A stretch of DNA of 64,000 bases, from assembly GCA_965644295.1 (NCBI GenBank), contig CBFFRP010000125.1, positions 175,005 through 239,004 of the forward strand. The letters run 5' to 3'. Shown here in pieces: positions 1 through 19,552 of the stretch; position 1 is the stretch's first letter; each line of letters opens with the position of its first letter. The translations under genes were made by a program, and so were the position numbers. Under the pieces are notes generated by a model. It searched no databases, was not told the origin of the DNA, and was given only the letters and a program-made list of their open reading frames with translations. Source of the DNA: Paraphysomonas bandaiensis. Its lineage: Eukaryota > Protista > Chrysophyceae.

Positions 1-6598
<6,598 letters not shown>

Positions 6599-7009
6599 GC
6601 TTATTAGCCAGAGTCAGCAAACTATTTCAATTCAAAGATAAAATATACAGCCTGTGGTGAGTAAGAATGCGTGATATAGTCACCAAACTTCCAGCTTAAT
6701 AGGTGGAATATTTTTTCGAGTGAGAAGCATATTCTACATCGACTTAAAGTGATTTACTCACTCCTGCCTGTATTAACATGCACTCTACACTCTACCTTTA
6801 ATACAAAGATAGATATTCAGGTGAGACTACATAGAATACGCCGTCGTAGTGTGAGGTATTTTACTGTTGGCAGTTGTCACCTGCGGTATTTCAAAATACA
6901 GTTGATATACAGAAGATGTATATGTACAGTCGAAGTGTTGCTGTGTTGTAACTTTAAAGTTAGCAGTTGCAAAAGAGTTAATTCAGATATCAGTATCAAT
7001 CACAACTAG

Positions 7010-7492
<483 letters not shown>

Positions 7493-8489
7493 GGTCCTCA
7501 TTCGTAGTCAATGTAAAATCTGTGTGTAATAACTACAAAATATTTAGCTTATTACACAATGCACATTTTGTAGCGATTGAGTCAGAGGAAATAGAGTTAG
7601 ATCCCTCTATTATGTCATGTTGTGCTCATATTAGTCAGATATATGTGGAATGACAAGGTGATGGGGTGAATGTCATTCATATTCATATACTCAAGCAGGA
7701 AGCTGGTCATACATATTATATTGAGAACTGAGATGTCTAATTGAATACTATGTTTGAATGTTTACCGATATATTTAAATGTTGTCAGATGTCAGATATAT
7801 ATGCCCTGTTCAATAGATCCAATATTTTTTCACTATGTAATATATTATATATTTCATATTGTCATTCAATAACCAATAACAACGTGAATTTAGAAAATAG
7901 CGCAGTACTTGGTGTAGCAATATGTTCGTCATCAACATCAAAAAGAATTACAAATGCTCATTATTTGTTGTATTAGTAATGGTTCACACATGTATCAGAT
8001 ATATATTGAAGGAAGCCGATAGGCAATATGAAACCAGACAACATATTATTACGATATTTACACAGGTTTCTAGCATCCTTTAAGCCTTATAATGATTTCC
8101 GAAAGCAATATTTTACCAGGCGGGCCACTGGTATCACATTCATAATTAATATCAGCTTGTGGGAATGCCTTACATACAATTGTCCTTTATATGAACACAC
8201 AAGGCTAGTAGAAAAAGTTAAGTGAAATGGTGGACTACATAATAAGCTAATGTATCATCAGTATAAGCACCATGCACCTTTGTACAGCCCTCAACTGCCA
8301 ACAATGATGTTGCCGTCTTCGTTTGCCAACAATGATATATATTCAAGTATAATAGTGTAAATCATGACGTGTACTGGTTTGGGACCACTATTTGTCGCTG
8401 TGTCACCTGTAGTGTACGTGTGCAAGAATAAACGGGACAGCGGTGTGTGTGCAAGTATAATAGAATTAAATCATGAATAGCACTCAAAT

Positions 8490-8830
8490 CGGGACGGCAT
8501 CATCATATATGAACAATTTTCACAAGCATTTTTGAACTACCAGTAGAACTACTAAACAGGGTTTGTAAATGGTAATACAGAGAATGTACAGTTGGAAAGG
8601 GCCTATGATTCAAAAGAATATGGCTCAGGGTGGACGGGATTCGTAAGCCATATCAAAAGTCCCATGTGAGTTGGTGTGACAAGGTTCAATCTCTTTAACT
8701 GAAAATGGTCCTTGAGATGGTTGAGAGTCAAGTGCAAGGTGTCGCCCTATATGCCTGGAATATGTATCGCTGCTGGTGCAACTGGGTGGTTATATGGATG
8801 ATCTACCTTTTTCTTTTTTTTTACCAGGAA
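8490..8830 (+). pseudogene. Degenerate hAT-like transposase fragment (N-terminal part)
   Basis: ggtgtcgccctatatgcctggaatatgtatcgctgctggtgcaactgggtggttat..ctacctttttc closely matches 43460-43530 of the larger transposase remnant; frameshifted. Confidence 0.6.
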
Positions 8831-8888
8831 TACTACATCTTTTGGAAAATATATCCAAGAGTTCACTGCATGGTATATATGATCAAGA

Positions 8889-9405
8889 GGCCCTCAACAA
8901 AGTCGGACTCGCAACTTTTCGTGTGGTGTTCTGGGGGGTAAGTACCGGAGAGATTCTCTCTGGGAAACTAACGTGAGCCGCAAACGTATAGCCAGCAGAT
9001 ATTCTTCTGCAAACTCATAGCCGAATGCTTGTGTGGTATAAGGGACACTAATAAGTGTCACTTGTGTAGACGTCTTTGGGCCCTGACGAATAAATAGGCA
9101 TCCGGAAATGAGCCCACCTCAAGGGCATCCGGGACAGGGCCCACCTTAAGGGTAACTGGGGTATTGGGCTGCCTGCTGAAGTCAAGCGTCGGGGATGTTC
9201 ACCTAAAGAACTCAGAGCGGAAGTGGTCGCACCTTGGTGCCTGCGGCGACGCACAAGCAGCTTCCGTAGCGTCAAATAGTAGGATAAAAAAGTGTGTACT
9301 GATTAGTTACAGGGGCAGAGGTCTAACTAGTTTGTCTAGCATTCATCTAGCTACTAAGTTGGTGCAGGTTATTAACACCTATTGCTAATAATAAGACTTT
9401 CAATA
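8889..9405 (+). mobile_element. Full-length SINE/SIDE-like retroelement (copy A)
   Basis: Flanking duplication (ATA)TGATCAAGA at 8877-8888 and 9403-9414; homologous copies at 10238-10705(-), 17725-18214 and 35945-36350; 3' ~190 bp matches the LINE tail at 58851-59039(-). Confidence 0.85.
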
Positions 9406-9450
9406 TGATCAAGATGTAAAGGAAAAGTGTCCACTAATCTGCGTGGCTAA

Positions 9451-9911
9451 AGGCAACCAAAAACGCAAGAAAACACGCATCAAAATGACATCACGATATC
9501 GTGGTATGAAGCATTAGTATAGTAGTACTACCAATGTTTACAATAGGTTGTTCAGCAGAGAGCAAAGATTGTTATGACTACTGTATATGCGTGCAAATCG
9601 GTACGTTTGTAATATTGAATAATTTTCTGAATTAGCAAGCCCAGTTATTAGTTAATTAGCCTATAGATGTAAAACTAGTTTCTAAACACAACCGTTCTCA
9701 TGTAATAATCAGATATTCTATATTTTCTGAACTACAATATCATACCAAAGGTACCGATTTGAACGCATATAAATGTCAATATTATGACAAGAAGGTGTCT
9801 AGGTGTCATTTGCCAAAATCGTCATAGCAATCTTAGCTATGCCGAACAACCTATCGTAAACGATATTGTGATGTCAGTTTGGTGCGTGTTTTCTTGCGTT
9901 TTTGGTTGCCT
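9451..9911. mobile_element. Foldback MITE with Kolobok-like ends
   Basis: TIR AGGCAACCAAAAACGCAAGAAAACACGCA.. / ..TGCGTGTTTTCTTGCGTTTTTGGTTGCCT with further imperfect internal symmetry; flanks CTAA and TTAA. Confidence 0.75.
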
Positions 9912-10237
9912 TTAATTGAACCCTTGGTAACTAATTGCTATTATTATTGTTGGGTATCTCTCACCAACTAATTGCCAATTAATTGTTACTCAAGCCTGCT
10001 TTGCTCTATAGAGGTGCTATTGAAACGGTAATGCCTATCTGTGGAGACAGCTTTAATTTGAATATGTATATTAACTTATTTACAGAGGGGTGGGTGGTGG
10101 TGATATATAGTGTCTCGACGATACATACATGATGAGAGCGGGATGAATATTATCGTGAAAACCAATCTTGTATGTTATCACTGCGTAAAATTTTGAAATT
10201 ACTCTACAGGGTTTTATATGCGAAGCATCGGAAGCAG

Positions 10238-10705
10238 TAGTGAATGTCTTATTACTAGCAACAGTGTCAGTGCTTAAGTCTGATATCCTACTATTATATA
10301 ACGCTACGAAAGCTGCTTGTGCGTCACCGCAACAACCAACGCCTTCGCCCCATCTCTCAAAGCAAACGCAAAGAGAAAGTAGAATGTTAATATACCTGGC
10401 ATCTGCTAACTTCAGGATTTTTGAGTTGTTAAGGTGAACAGCCTGGATGCTTGACTTCAGCAGGCAGCCCAATACCCCGGATGCCCTTGAGGCGGGCCCA
10501 TTCCCGGATGCCTGCTTATTTTATTCAGGGTCCAAAAAGGTCAACTGCACAAGTGACACTTATTAGTGTTCCTTGTACCACACAAGCATTCGGCTATAAG
10601 TGGAAGAACAATTTCTGCTGACTATATATGCGGCTCACGTTAGTTTCCCGGTGCTTATCCCCCAGAACACCACGAAAAAGTTGGAGTCGGACTTTGTTGA
10701 GGGTC
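10238..10705 (-). mobile_element. SINE/SIDE-like retroelement (copy B)
   Basis: Reverse complement starts GACCCTCAACAAAGTC and ends TAATAAGACATTCACTA; colinear with copy A apart from indels. Confidence 0.85.
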
Positions 10706-11135
10706 AGAAATACATTATAATATCGAATGATTTCATCAAATATTATATATACTTATACACCATAGTGAGACTAGCTTCGAAGTCATATATTCATCATGAT
10801 TTTCCTGATTGCGCTTCATCGACGAGTGTCGAGTTTTTACATCAGTTCAACTAAAATACAACATACAATATATTATATTAGTGAAATAATACATAAGAAA
10901 AAAGAGGTCTTCGTTATCATTAACTAAAATTAAAGGTATTATTATTATTAAATAATATAGAATATAACAGTTAGTATAATACGTGAGACTCTTTAATTCC
11001 TACAGCGACACAAAGACATCTATAAATACAGATATTTTAGCTAAACTAGCACTGCCTGTTATTATAATACACATTCAGTTCGATACCGACATGGTCGAGC
11101 AAAGAATGTAATTTGATGAACCTGATATCATGTAG

Positions 11136-12993
11136 CTAAAACTGAGTTCGACTGTTGATCGATGCTTTATCGCCATCGATAGGTGAGGGCCACTGACATA
11201 TACCAACGGAACTTAAGGGAAGTGTTCTCAGAGGGACTGAAGCAGCTGGGTCGTCCGTTTGCATTGTTTGTTTCGGTATCACAGATTTCTCATAATCTGT
11301 GATTGCTTTATGCATACAGTTTTGAGTTTTTTTCTCATTTTCTCCAGTTTCCACAACTTGCACGTTCGAAGGAAAATGATGGACGTGGGCATTGCCTCCG
11401 CTATTCCGCTTCCTCGAACTAGAAGCCGCTAGTGCAGTACTAATGTACGAGGGGTGCGGGGAGCTTCTGATTTCGGAGCTCTGCGAATTACTAACACTTG
11501 TACTTCCTGTGGGATCATCATCTGAGAATGAGAACGGCGACCAATTAGCAGAAGCATGGGCGGCTACACCACTGCTACTACTGCTACTGCATGTGTCACT
11601 TGAATTACTTGAGCTTCCCTGCGTTGAAGTAGTGCCGCCCTCAACCGAAGTTGTCGCCCGGGGATTACTGACACCATTGTACGCTGCAACAACATCAGAC
11701 ATGGAGAACGCCAATGATGTGAGAAGCTGGGAATTAAGTTTAGGGACCCCAGAAGTCCAATTTCCAGTGCTACCCACCATATGCTGCTGTCGTACAGTAC
11801 GCACAATGTGTTCGTGGCTGGGCATATAGTGTCCATAGTTTCCTGCCGCCGCAGTAGCAGCAACTTTGGATGCGATCAAGTAGTCGACGGAAGCAGCTGT
11901 TGAGACTTCGTAAGGTACTCGGCTAATCGCTGCGGGAATATCATTCATAGCGAAGGACGAGGGGTAATGCCCAGCTGGCTCAGGTGGCTGCATTGCAGTG
12001 TTCATGACAAGCATGTCATCAAGGCGGTGCTCGAAGTGCGCAGTCTGAAGTGGTGTATATGGGTGATAAGATGACACTCGAGTGACTTGTTTATTCTCTT
12101 CGTTTTGCACTTGTAGTTGTTGATTCTGTAGTCGCATCGGTTGACTGCAGCTCTCATTGCAGGTTTCTCGCTGAGTGATGCCATCCATCCCTACACGCAC
12201 ATCAGAACCCGAAGAATGACTTTTACTTCCACATTCATGGGGCAGGGAAAATGGCCGTGTTGACTGCATAGGCATCAGGAACGAATTCTCGTTGGACAGC
12301 ATGGAATCGGAGCCCCGCTCTGATCGTCGCTCTTTAGCCTGCCTCTCTCTAACGTACGGAGCAAGCTGGCTGGGGTATGAGGGATACGCCTCGTAGTGCT
12401 TCAGCTTACTGGATACAGCACTAACATTGCTATCTGACGGGTCCATGACACGGCTCATGACTTCTACTGAAGATTGTGGACGTTCGGAATCGATACGCCC
12501 AACCTCTTCACTTTTTATGAAAGCGGCTTTGCCCTTAGTAGCAGGACATTTTCGGTAGCAGTGATTCTGAAATATCCAAATAAATATCTATTAAGTTGAT
12601 AGAAATGACACAGACCTGCCGGTTGCACATGACGGACTTGTTGCTGCAACAGCACTTCTCCTTGCACTGAAGTATTTATTATTTACTCACACAGATTATA
12701 AAATGCTCATACCACTGGGCACCCTTCAACAAACACTTTATCACCATGCTCGTCTTTCATTTTCTCCGCGCATCTATATACACTTATTTTTACTAAATAG
12801 AATTATAAAAACAACAACCGCACCGTTCACAAAAAATATGGGGACAAGACGGTCGAGGACATATAACTTTACGCTTCCTTATATTTCCACACCTGTGGCA
12901 GGAAACTCGATGCTCAGGTGCGGATCTATGAGATGGCGAGTATGTTGATACTACGCTGGCTAGAATATCCAGCGCATTGGAGGTATCGTCCAT
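11136..12993 (-). CDS. zf-4CXXC_R1-like Cys-rich zinc-finger protein with a long Ser-rich C-terminus
   Basis: Spliced exons give SCHRC..CPRPSCPHIFCERC..GCPVCKEKCCC..C..HCYRKC; continues into ORF 11136-12458. Confidence 0.75.
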
Positions 12994-13533
12994 GACAAAA
13001 ACAGGGTCAACAATTAATAAAAATACCACACGTTTAATCCACCATAGTCTTATTCGGGTTATTTACATGACTGTATATCAGAATGTAGCAAACTTTGCAC
13101 TTCTATGTCTCTAAAACGAAGTGTGAAGGGCACAAACCATAGGTCGTCACCGAAGATAAACTTCAGAAGGTTGAAGTCAATCTCAGCACTTCATGCGTAT
13201 TATTTGGTAAGATTGCTAAAAAAATACGCACCTCAAGACCTCTGACACCGTACAATATCGTATTTTTCCGGTTTTGTGGGTTGCTGTAGCGGTGTACTAC
13301 GCGGGCTCCAGCAATCCGTTTTGAACTTAGCTATAGTGTCAGTCTTGCTGGTAGAAATTTCGTGGCGTATCTTGAAAGGACAAGCACTTAAAATAAGTTA
13401 CCGCTGTAAGAAAAGATAATTTTTTTGGCGTTGTGTTGCAGTGATGAGTATGTTCATATCTGAGAGTGGCTGTATATACAGTCATTGCTTGATATTGTCA
13501 CACTTACACTATATGCATAGCTTATTCTGAGCG

Positions 13534-16513
13534 ATGTCCAACCGTCCTGTATTGAAGAAGCAAGAAAGTCTAACAGAGACTCCACATGCCTCTAAAGCTG
13601 AATTTGAAGCTTTTTTCGGGTTTGTCGAATCGCAATTTTCATTAATCGAGAGAGCCATACGCACTGTCAATTATGAGCCTGGAACACTTGACATTCATGA
13701 AAAGGCTACAAATGTCAATGTTGAGACGATGAAATCAACGATTGCCAACTCTATTGCGAGCGAGAATAGGCTTACTCCTAGGCTGAGAGATGCAATTCTT
13801 CATTTTTTTGTGGAGCCTCCTGTGATGAACTCACCTGCCAGCAATAAAATATCTGTACACACCACAGGGAATAACCGACTGGAGGATATGCTGCTTGACT
13901 TACAAATAGACTCCACAAAGAAGATCGTAATTGCTGTTAGTAAAGTAACATATGCGATTTCTTTCTGGAATGCCCCACCCACTGAAACCGATCTGACTGA
14001 TGATCCCGCAGAGTTTAGATTCGCTGTCACGCTCTCTCGCCAGGCCGGTGAAACTAATGAAACGAGTAACTGGGATTTCCGTTTTACAGGGTCGATCGAT
14101 ATTAGACATGTTGACACTGCGCTCTACACTAAGCTTGAGTCTGAGTTTGACAAAAACTTTCACGCAGAGCAGACGTTCACGCCATCAGCCATCACTGCAC
14201 TCAGTAAGCCACGCGAGGCTATTTATGATACTGTGAGCTTGACAGACGATTTTACGCCTGTTGTGAACCCAAAACCGGACGATATTCGGGCAATTCTGCT
14301 GAAGGTGGTCAAATCTAATGTGCTTTTCAAATCCTACACCATAGACGAGCAGAAAGCTATCGTTGGGGCTTTTGAAAGCTCTTCCGCTGCTCCTGGAGAT
14401 GTTGTTATCCGCCAAGGTGACGAGGGGGCATACTTTTATGTAATTGAATCAGGTGAAATGGAGATCCTGTTGGACGCTGATGGGCTGGAAGTGCAGATTG
14501 GTCGTATTCTCTCCCGCGGGGACTACTTTGGTGAGCTCGCACTTATGTACAACACCCCCCGTGCAGCCTCAGTGCGCGCCGTTTCTCCTTGTCGTCTATG
14601 GCGCATCGATCGTCGAACTTACCGTTCTATTGTTACCTATTTCCACAACATAGCCATGACAGAACATACTCAATTTGTGCGGAATGTGGAGATTCATGGC
14701 ACGAAGATCGGAGATATTCTAAAGCCCAGTGAAGTCGACAAGGTCGTTTCTCACCTGGAGACGGAAGATTTCGGAGATGGTAGCGTGATAGTACGCCAGG
14801 GCAACACTGGAGATAACTTCTATATCATCAAGGCTGGAAATGTTGCTGTATGGCAACAGCAGATGGTCGATGGCAGCCCGATATGGGTGCAGCTGACAAC
14901 TCTGCACAAAGGCGATTTCTTTGGCGAAAAAGCTCTACTGAAGGAAGATGTACGACAGGCATCCTGTATTGCTTTGGGCGATGTCACCTGTTTGTCTCTC
15001 AACAGACAGGATTTCATTGAGATGCTTGGTAGTTGGAAGGATAAAATCGCAGCAGCAGAGAGAGGCGACAACGTGGATACTCCTGTATCTAATGCCACCG
15101 ATCACAAGGAGTTCCGGAAGAACATGACGCTGGATGATCTAACCACTCTCCGGACACTCGGTCAGGGAGCATTCGGGCGAGTGAAGCTTTGCCAGCATAA
15201 GACTACTGGAGAGACGTTTGCACTCAAGTGTCAGTCGAAGAAGGTGAGTGCTGAAGTTTGTATAAGATTTTAATTAAGTTCTGCTATTTACTGTAGGCCA
15301 TCGTGCGCCTGCGTATTCAAGACAATGTCATTAACGAAATGCGTCTTATGCGTATGATTGAGCACGAACGGATCGGAAAGCTTTATTGTGCTCTGCAAGA
15401 TACGCGAAATATTTACTTCGTGTTGGAGCTGCTACAAGGAGGTGAGTTTTTCACTTACCTCCAGAAGGTGGGCAGGTTATCAGAGGCGAAGGCATGCTTC
15501 TACGCTGCCTCTGTGGTCTCGGCATACACTGCGTTGCACGAACTCAAAATCGCGTACAGAGACCTCAAACCCGAGAATATGGTGCTCGATGCGAAGGTGT
15601 GACTTGGCTATTTCAAAATACGATTTGTGTGCATTGGCAGTGTGTTGTCGATCTAGATATCTTATATTTCGGTCACTAATGGTTGTGTCGCAGGGTTTTG
15701 TAAAGATTGTTGACTTAGGTCTTGCAAAGCAGATCCAGAATGGCAAGACGTGGACTATGTGTGGTACCCCGGACTACCTTGCACCAGGTGCGTTGTTATG
15801 CTTGGCGCTGTGTACGAAACACTTACAGTTACGTTACAGAGATCATTCTCAATGAGGGACATGATATGGCGGTTGATTACTGGGCGCTGGTGAGTTTCTG
15901 GCTTGCATGTTTTTATGCACTGCAGCACGAACATTCATAGATTGTTGCGTTGTGCTTATTCTGTAGTGTTCTGTTGTGACATTTGCGTACTTGAACTGCA
16001 GGGTGTCCTCATTTACGAAATGGTAACTGGATGGCCGCCGTTTTACGCCGATGAGCCGATGAAGACATATGAAAAGATAGTTGCCTGTGCTGTCAGCTTT
16101 CCAGTGTATATTACCCGCCAGCTAAGCGACCTCGTGAGCAAGCTGCTGACTACTCAGCCTGGTAAGCGCCTGGGCAACCTAAAGGGTGGCATCAACGATA
16201 TCATGAAACACAAATGGTTCGCTTCTTTTGACTGGGCCGGCCTGGACGCACTCACCATTCCTGCGCCTTACGTGCCGACCGTAAGTACTGAAATGTGTAC
16301 TATCTATGTATTTTACTTGTTGTGCCTTGTAATCTTTGTCACCATATATTCTTTTGATTATAACATGTATGCAGATTAAAGATGCCACTGACGTCAGCAA
16401 CTTCGACAATTACGATGACGAAAAGCTGCCGGTAAATCTTAATCAATCAGCCGCGTACATTATTAACTTTTTAAACCTAGGAGGAAAGCACCTGGGTGGC
16501 CGATTTGAGTTAG
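13534..16513 (+). CDS. Cyclic-nucleotide-dependent protein kinase, PKG-like architecture (two cNMP domains + AGC kinase)
   Basis: FGELALMYNTPRAASV and FGEKALLKEDVRQASC; GQGAFGRVK, ALK, YRDLKPEN, DLG, TWTMCGTPDYLAPE; C-tail DVSNFDNY; stop TAG at 16511-16513. Confidence 0.93.
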
Positions 16514-17107
16514 GTATTTGAGGGACAAATACGTAGTTTGCTTTTATGCATTCTTCTGAAATGCGGAGCAAATGCTTGCATGTGCTAGCGCCTACATTGA
16601 CAGACTAGTTTTTGTCTCTGTGTATTATCTAATTTGTTCGGCCGAACAAATTTGATTGGAATTTATATAATAATAGCATTCTTTATCTGCTCTTGTTGCT
16701 TTAATGCTGCCGTCTGAACGCTTTTGTTTAGGAACACTGCAAGTGAAGTGTGTCAGTCAGTACAACTACTATTTTGACTATCTACGCACTGCATACACCT
16801 ACACTAAATGTGTATATTAGATAGGACTCAATCAAAATGTCAGGAAATCTCGTATTGGAGTTATATGCTATATTCCTTTGACACTTGTACATGACAGAAT
16901 ATCTAAGGAAGATATTTAAGTTGAGGTATATAAAATATGGTACTTCACAGTGATATTTGATTCGGAGCGGATATGATTCTTGGGTGGATTCGGGTGTCCA
17001 TATTTCGGAATGTTGGAGACATATCGTCACCTCAATATCAATCATTGAGATAATTGGACGACGTAAACAATTATTAACTGAACGTAGAATACACTCGATG
17101 CTCAAAC

Positions 17108-17683
17108 CAGGGCCGGTCAACAATATATTATATTATATATTGCAATATATTGCCAGCAGAAATAAAAACTGATAATAATATTTTCAAGATCAATAATAAT
17201 TATTAAATATGTTGCAATATATTGGGCGCTAAGAAGAAAACTTAGCTCGATCGGTAATAACTAGTTAGTAGAGGTCGATCGATATTGGGTGTCAAACTGT
17301 CGTCGTAGCTTCTTGCTGGCTCTATGGCTTTCACAAGCAGCAGCAGCAGCGACGGCCGTATCCAATGAATCAACTTCTGCATTCATTCGAAATCTCGCAG
17401 CCGCTGCTCTCTCTCGACGAGTCAAAGATTCTTCGTATCCATTCTGAATCTTCACAGTGGCTTTTTTGAATGTAGGGTTTTGAACAATATCAGCATCTAC
17501 GGAGAGGTGGGAAGCCGTAAAATTTTTCAATGAGTAGTAGTAGATCAAACTGAGGACGAATATATATTGCAATATATTGCGAGGCCAAATTTTGCTAAAA
17601 TAATAACTAATATATTGTTAACACGCGAAAATAAATAATTGCAATATTTATATTGCAATCCAGTATATTTTTGACTGGCCCTG
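17108..17683. mobile_element. Non-autonomous hAT element with an internal transposase remnant
   Basis: TIR CAGGGCCGGTCAA / TTGACTGGCCCTG; perfect 8-bp TSD GCTCAAAC (17100-17107, 17684-17691); minus-strand remnant HLSVDADIVQNPTFKKATVKIQNG. Confidence 0.9.
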
Positions 17684-17724
17684 GCTCAAACAACAAAGTT
17701 GGACTCGTACTTTTCGTATAGTTG

Positions 17725-18214
17725 GGCCCTCAAAAAAGTCGGACTGGCACATTTTATTGGTGCTATGGAGGATAAGTGCCAGAGACATTTCTCCGGAAAA
17801 CTAACCTGAGCCGCATATATAGTCTGGAGTTATTGTCTGCTCACTCATAGCTTAATGCTTGTGTAATATAAGGGACAGTAATTAGTGCCGTCTTTGGGCC
17901 TTGACGAATAAACAAGCATCCAGTAAGGGTATCCGGGGTATTGGGTTGCCTGCTGAAGTAAAGTATCCGGACTGTTCACCTTAAGGACTCAAAAGTACTG
18001 AAGTTAGCAGATGTCAGGTATATCAACATTCTGATTACTCACTGTGTTTTCTTTGAGTGATAGAGTGAAGAAAGCGTTTGTGCTTGCGGTGACGAAACAG
18101 CTTTTGTAGCGATAAATAGTAGGATATCAGAGTTAACACTAGTTAGTTCAATGTTCAATTGTAATGATAAGTTAGTTCTTAAACGCCTATATAGCTAATA
18201 ATAAGACATTCACT
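17725..18214 (+). mobile_element. SINE/SIDE-like retroelement (copy C), preceded by a ~30-bp duplicate of its head (17692-17722)
   Basis: Starts GGCCCTCAAAAAAGTCGGAC and ends TAATAAGACATTCACTA; colinear with copy B. Confidence 0.8.
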
Positions 18215-18765
18215 ACTATTAAGATTTATAATCATCAGCTACCATCACTCATTTATATTTTTTATTTAGGTTTTAGATAGACTCGATATTACACAGTCAA
18301 TATAATATTTCAGCTTTACTACAATAATAATTATCGTACCACTAGTTCATGAAATACTGTTAATTATAGCTTCGACTGCCATGCAATTGGTTCACAACAC
18401 AGTTAGACTATATACTGCCATAATCAAGAAGTTGTACACAGTAATCAAATATTCTCACAGAATTCTATCTGCGATGTGAATGCCAAAAGTATTTATTGGC
18501 TCAAGCAATGCCAGATCTGTGGAGGAAGATATTATATTTCAAAAATAAATTAATATGTATGCTAGCACATAACCCACACCATGGATAGTAGAAATGTTTG
18601 TATTAATGCTGAAACGGAACTTACTATTTTGTACACAATTTAATATCCTTACACTAATTACAGAAAAAGTCAATAAAAAGTACCCCTATATAATCGATAT
18701 ATCCAGACAAGATATACATTCCAAACAGTGTACGCGTAATTCCGATTAGACCATCCACAGAGCAT

Positions 18766-19143
18766 TTAACTATACTCAAACACTCGCATACTAAGCCAGT
18801 TCAGGTATATAATCACAAAGGTGGGAAGTACAGTTAGCGGGACTAGATAGCAGTAGTACTGGTCCGCGCGTATGAAATCAATCACTGGATTACCAGTTTC
18901 TGGAAGTACATTCGAAATAAAAGCAGCATACCTGGTAAGGAATCAGATTATTCATACCTAAGATGTGTATGAGTCTTACGTAAAACACACTCCTCCTGCT
19001 AGCACTACTGCAGACAGCAGAGCACTCCTGTAGGAATGAATTGATGAAGACAAGGGCTGATTACCCTCGTACTGCCGAAGTCCGAGTCGAGAATAGAGCA
19101 ACTCGCTAGGATTTTCGCTTGGATTTATGCAATCAAAACTCAT
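18766..19143 (-). CDS. PIGY: GPI-GlcNAc transferase subunit Y (PIG-Y/Eri1 family), 3 exons
   Basis: Splices to MSFDC..RQ|SALLSAVVLAGGVCFT|YAAFISNVLPETGNPVIDFIRADQYYCYLVPLTVLPTFVIIYLNWLSMRVFEYS*; D-x-YYC-x-LVPLT..Y-x-x-WLSM is the family signature. Not in the ORF track. Confidence 0.8.
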
Positions 19144-19552
19144 TCACGACAGTATGAAGCCCAAACCATATTGACAGTCCACGACCACAACACGCACAAT
19201 TGTCAGGACAGGACTCTGCTGTACAACAAACATACAGCAGTGTATACAATACGTATACCTATAGTTGTACTGTCAGTCTGTTTACCCCAATACTCGATAT
19301 GTGAAGTGTGAAGTGAGATTATCGCACGACTCTTGAATGTGTCATCACAATCCATGCACACATACCGCATACACCACCATTGCATGTCCTCACTCGAACA
19401 CTGTCCGTTTCCGTGTCACATATGCTGAAAGGTAGTCGACGGTATTGTGCTTTCATACCTTTATTGAGATGTGGCTATCTGTGGAGTGATAGCGTGGGTA
19501 ACGCTTTATTAAACGCAGGCTTGTCGAAGTCTTGCATCATAATAAATTGGCC

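Noticed and set aside
9078-9115. Hammerhead-like CTGACGA...GAAA inside the SINE
   Set aside because: No stem II can form between the motifs, and CTGA and GAAA are not conserved in the other copies
8889-9220. tRNA-, 5S- or 7SL-derived SINE head
   Set aside because: No A/B boxes or cloverleaf recognised; no tRNA or rRNA genes seen anywhere in the window
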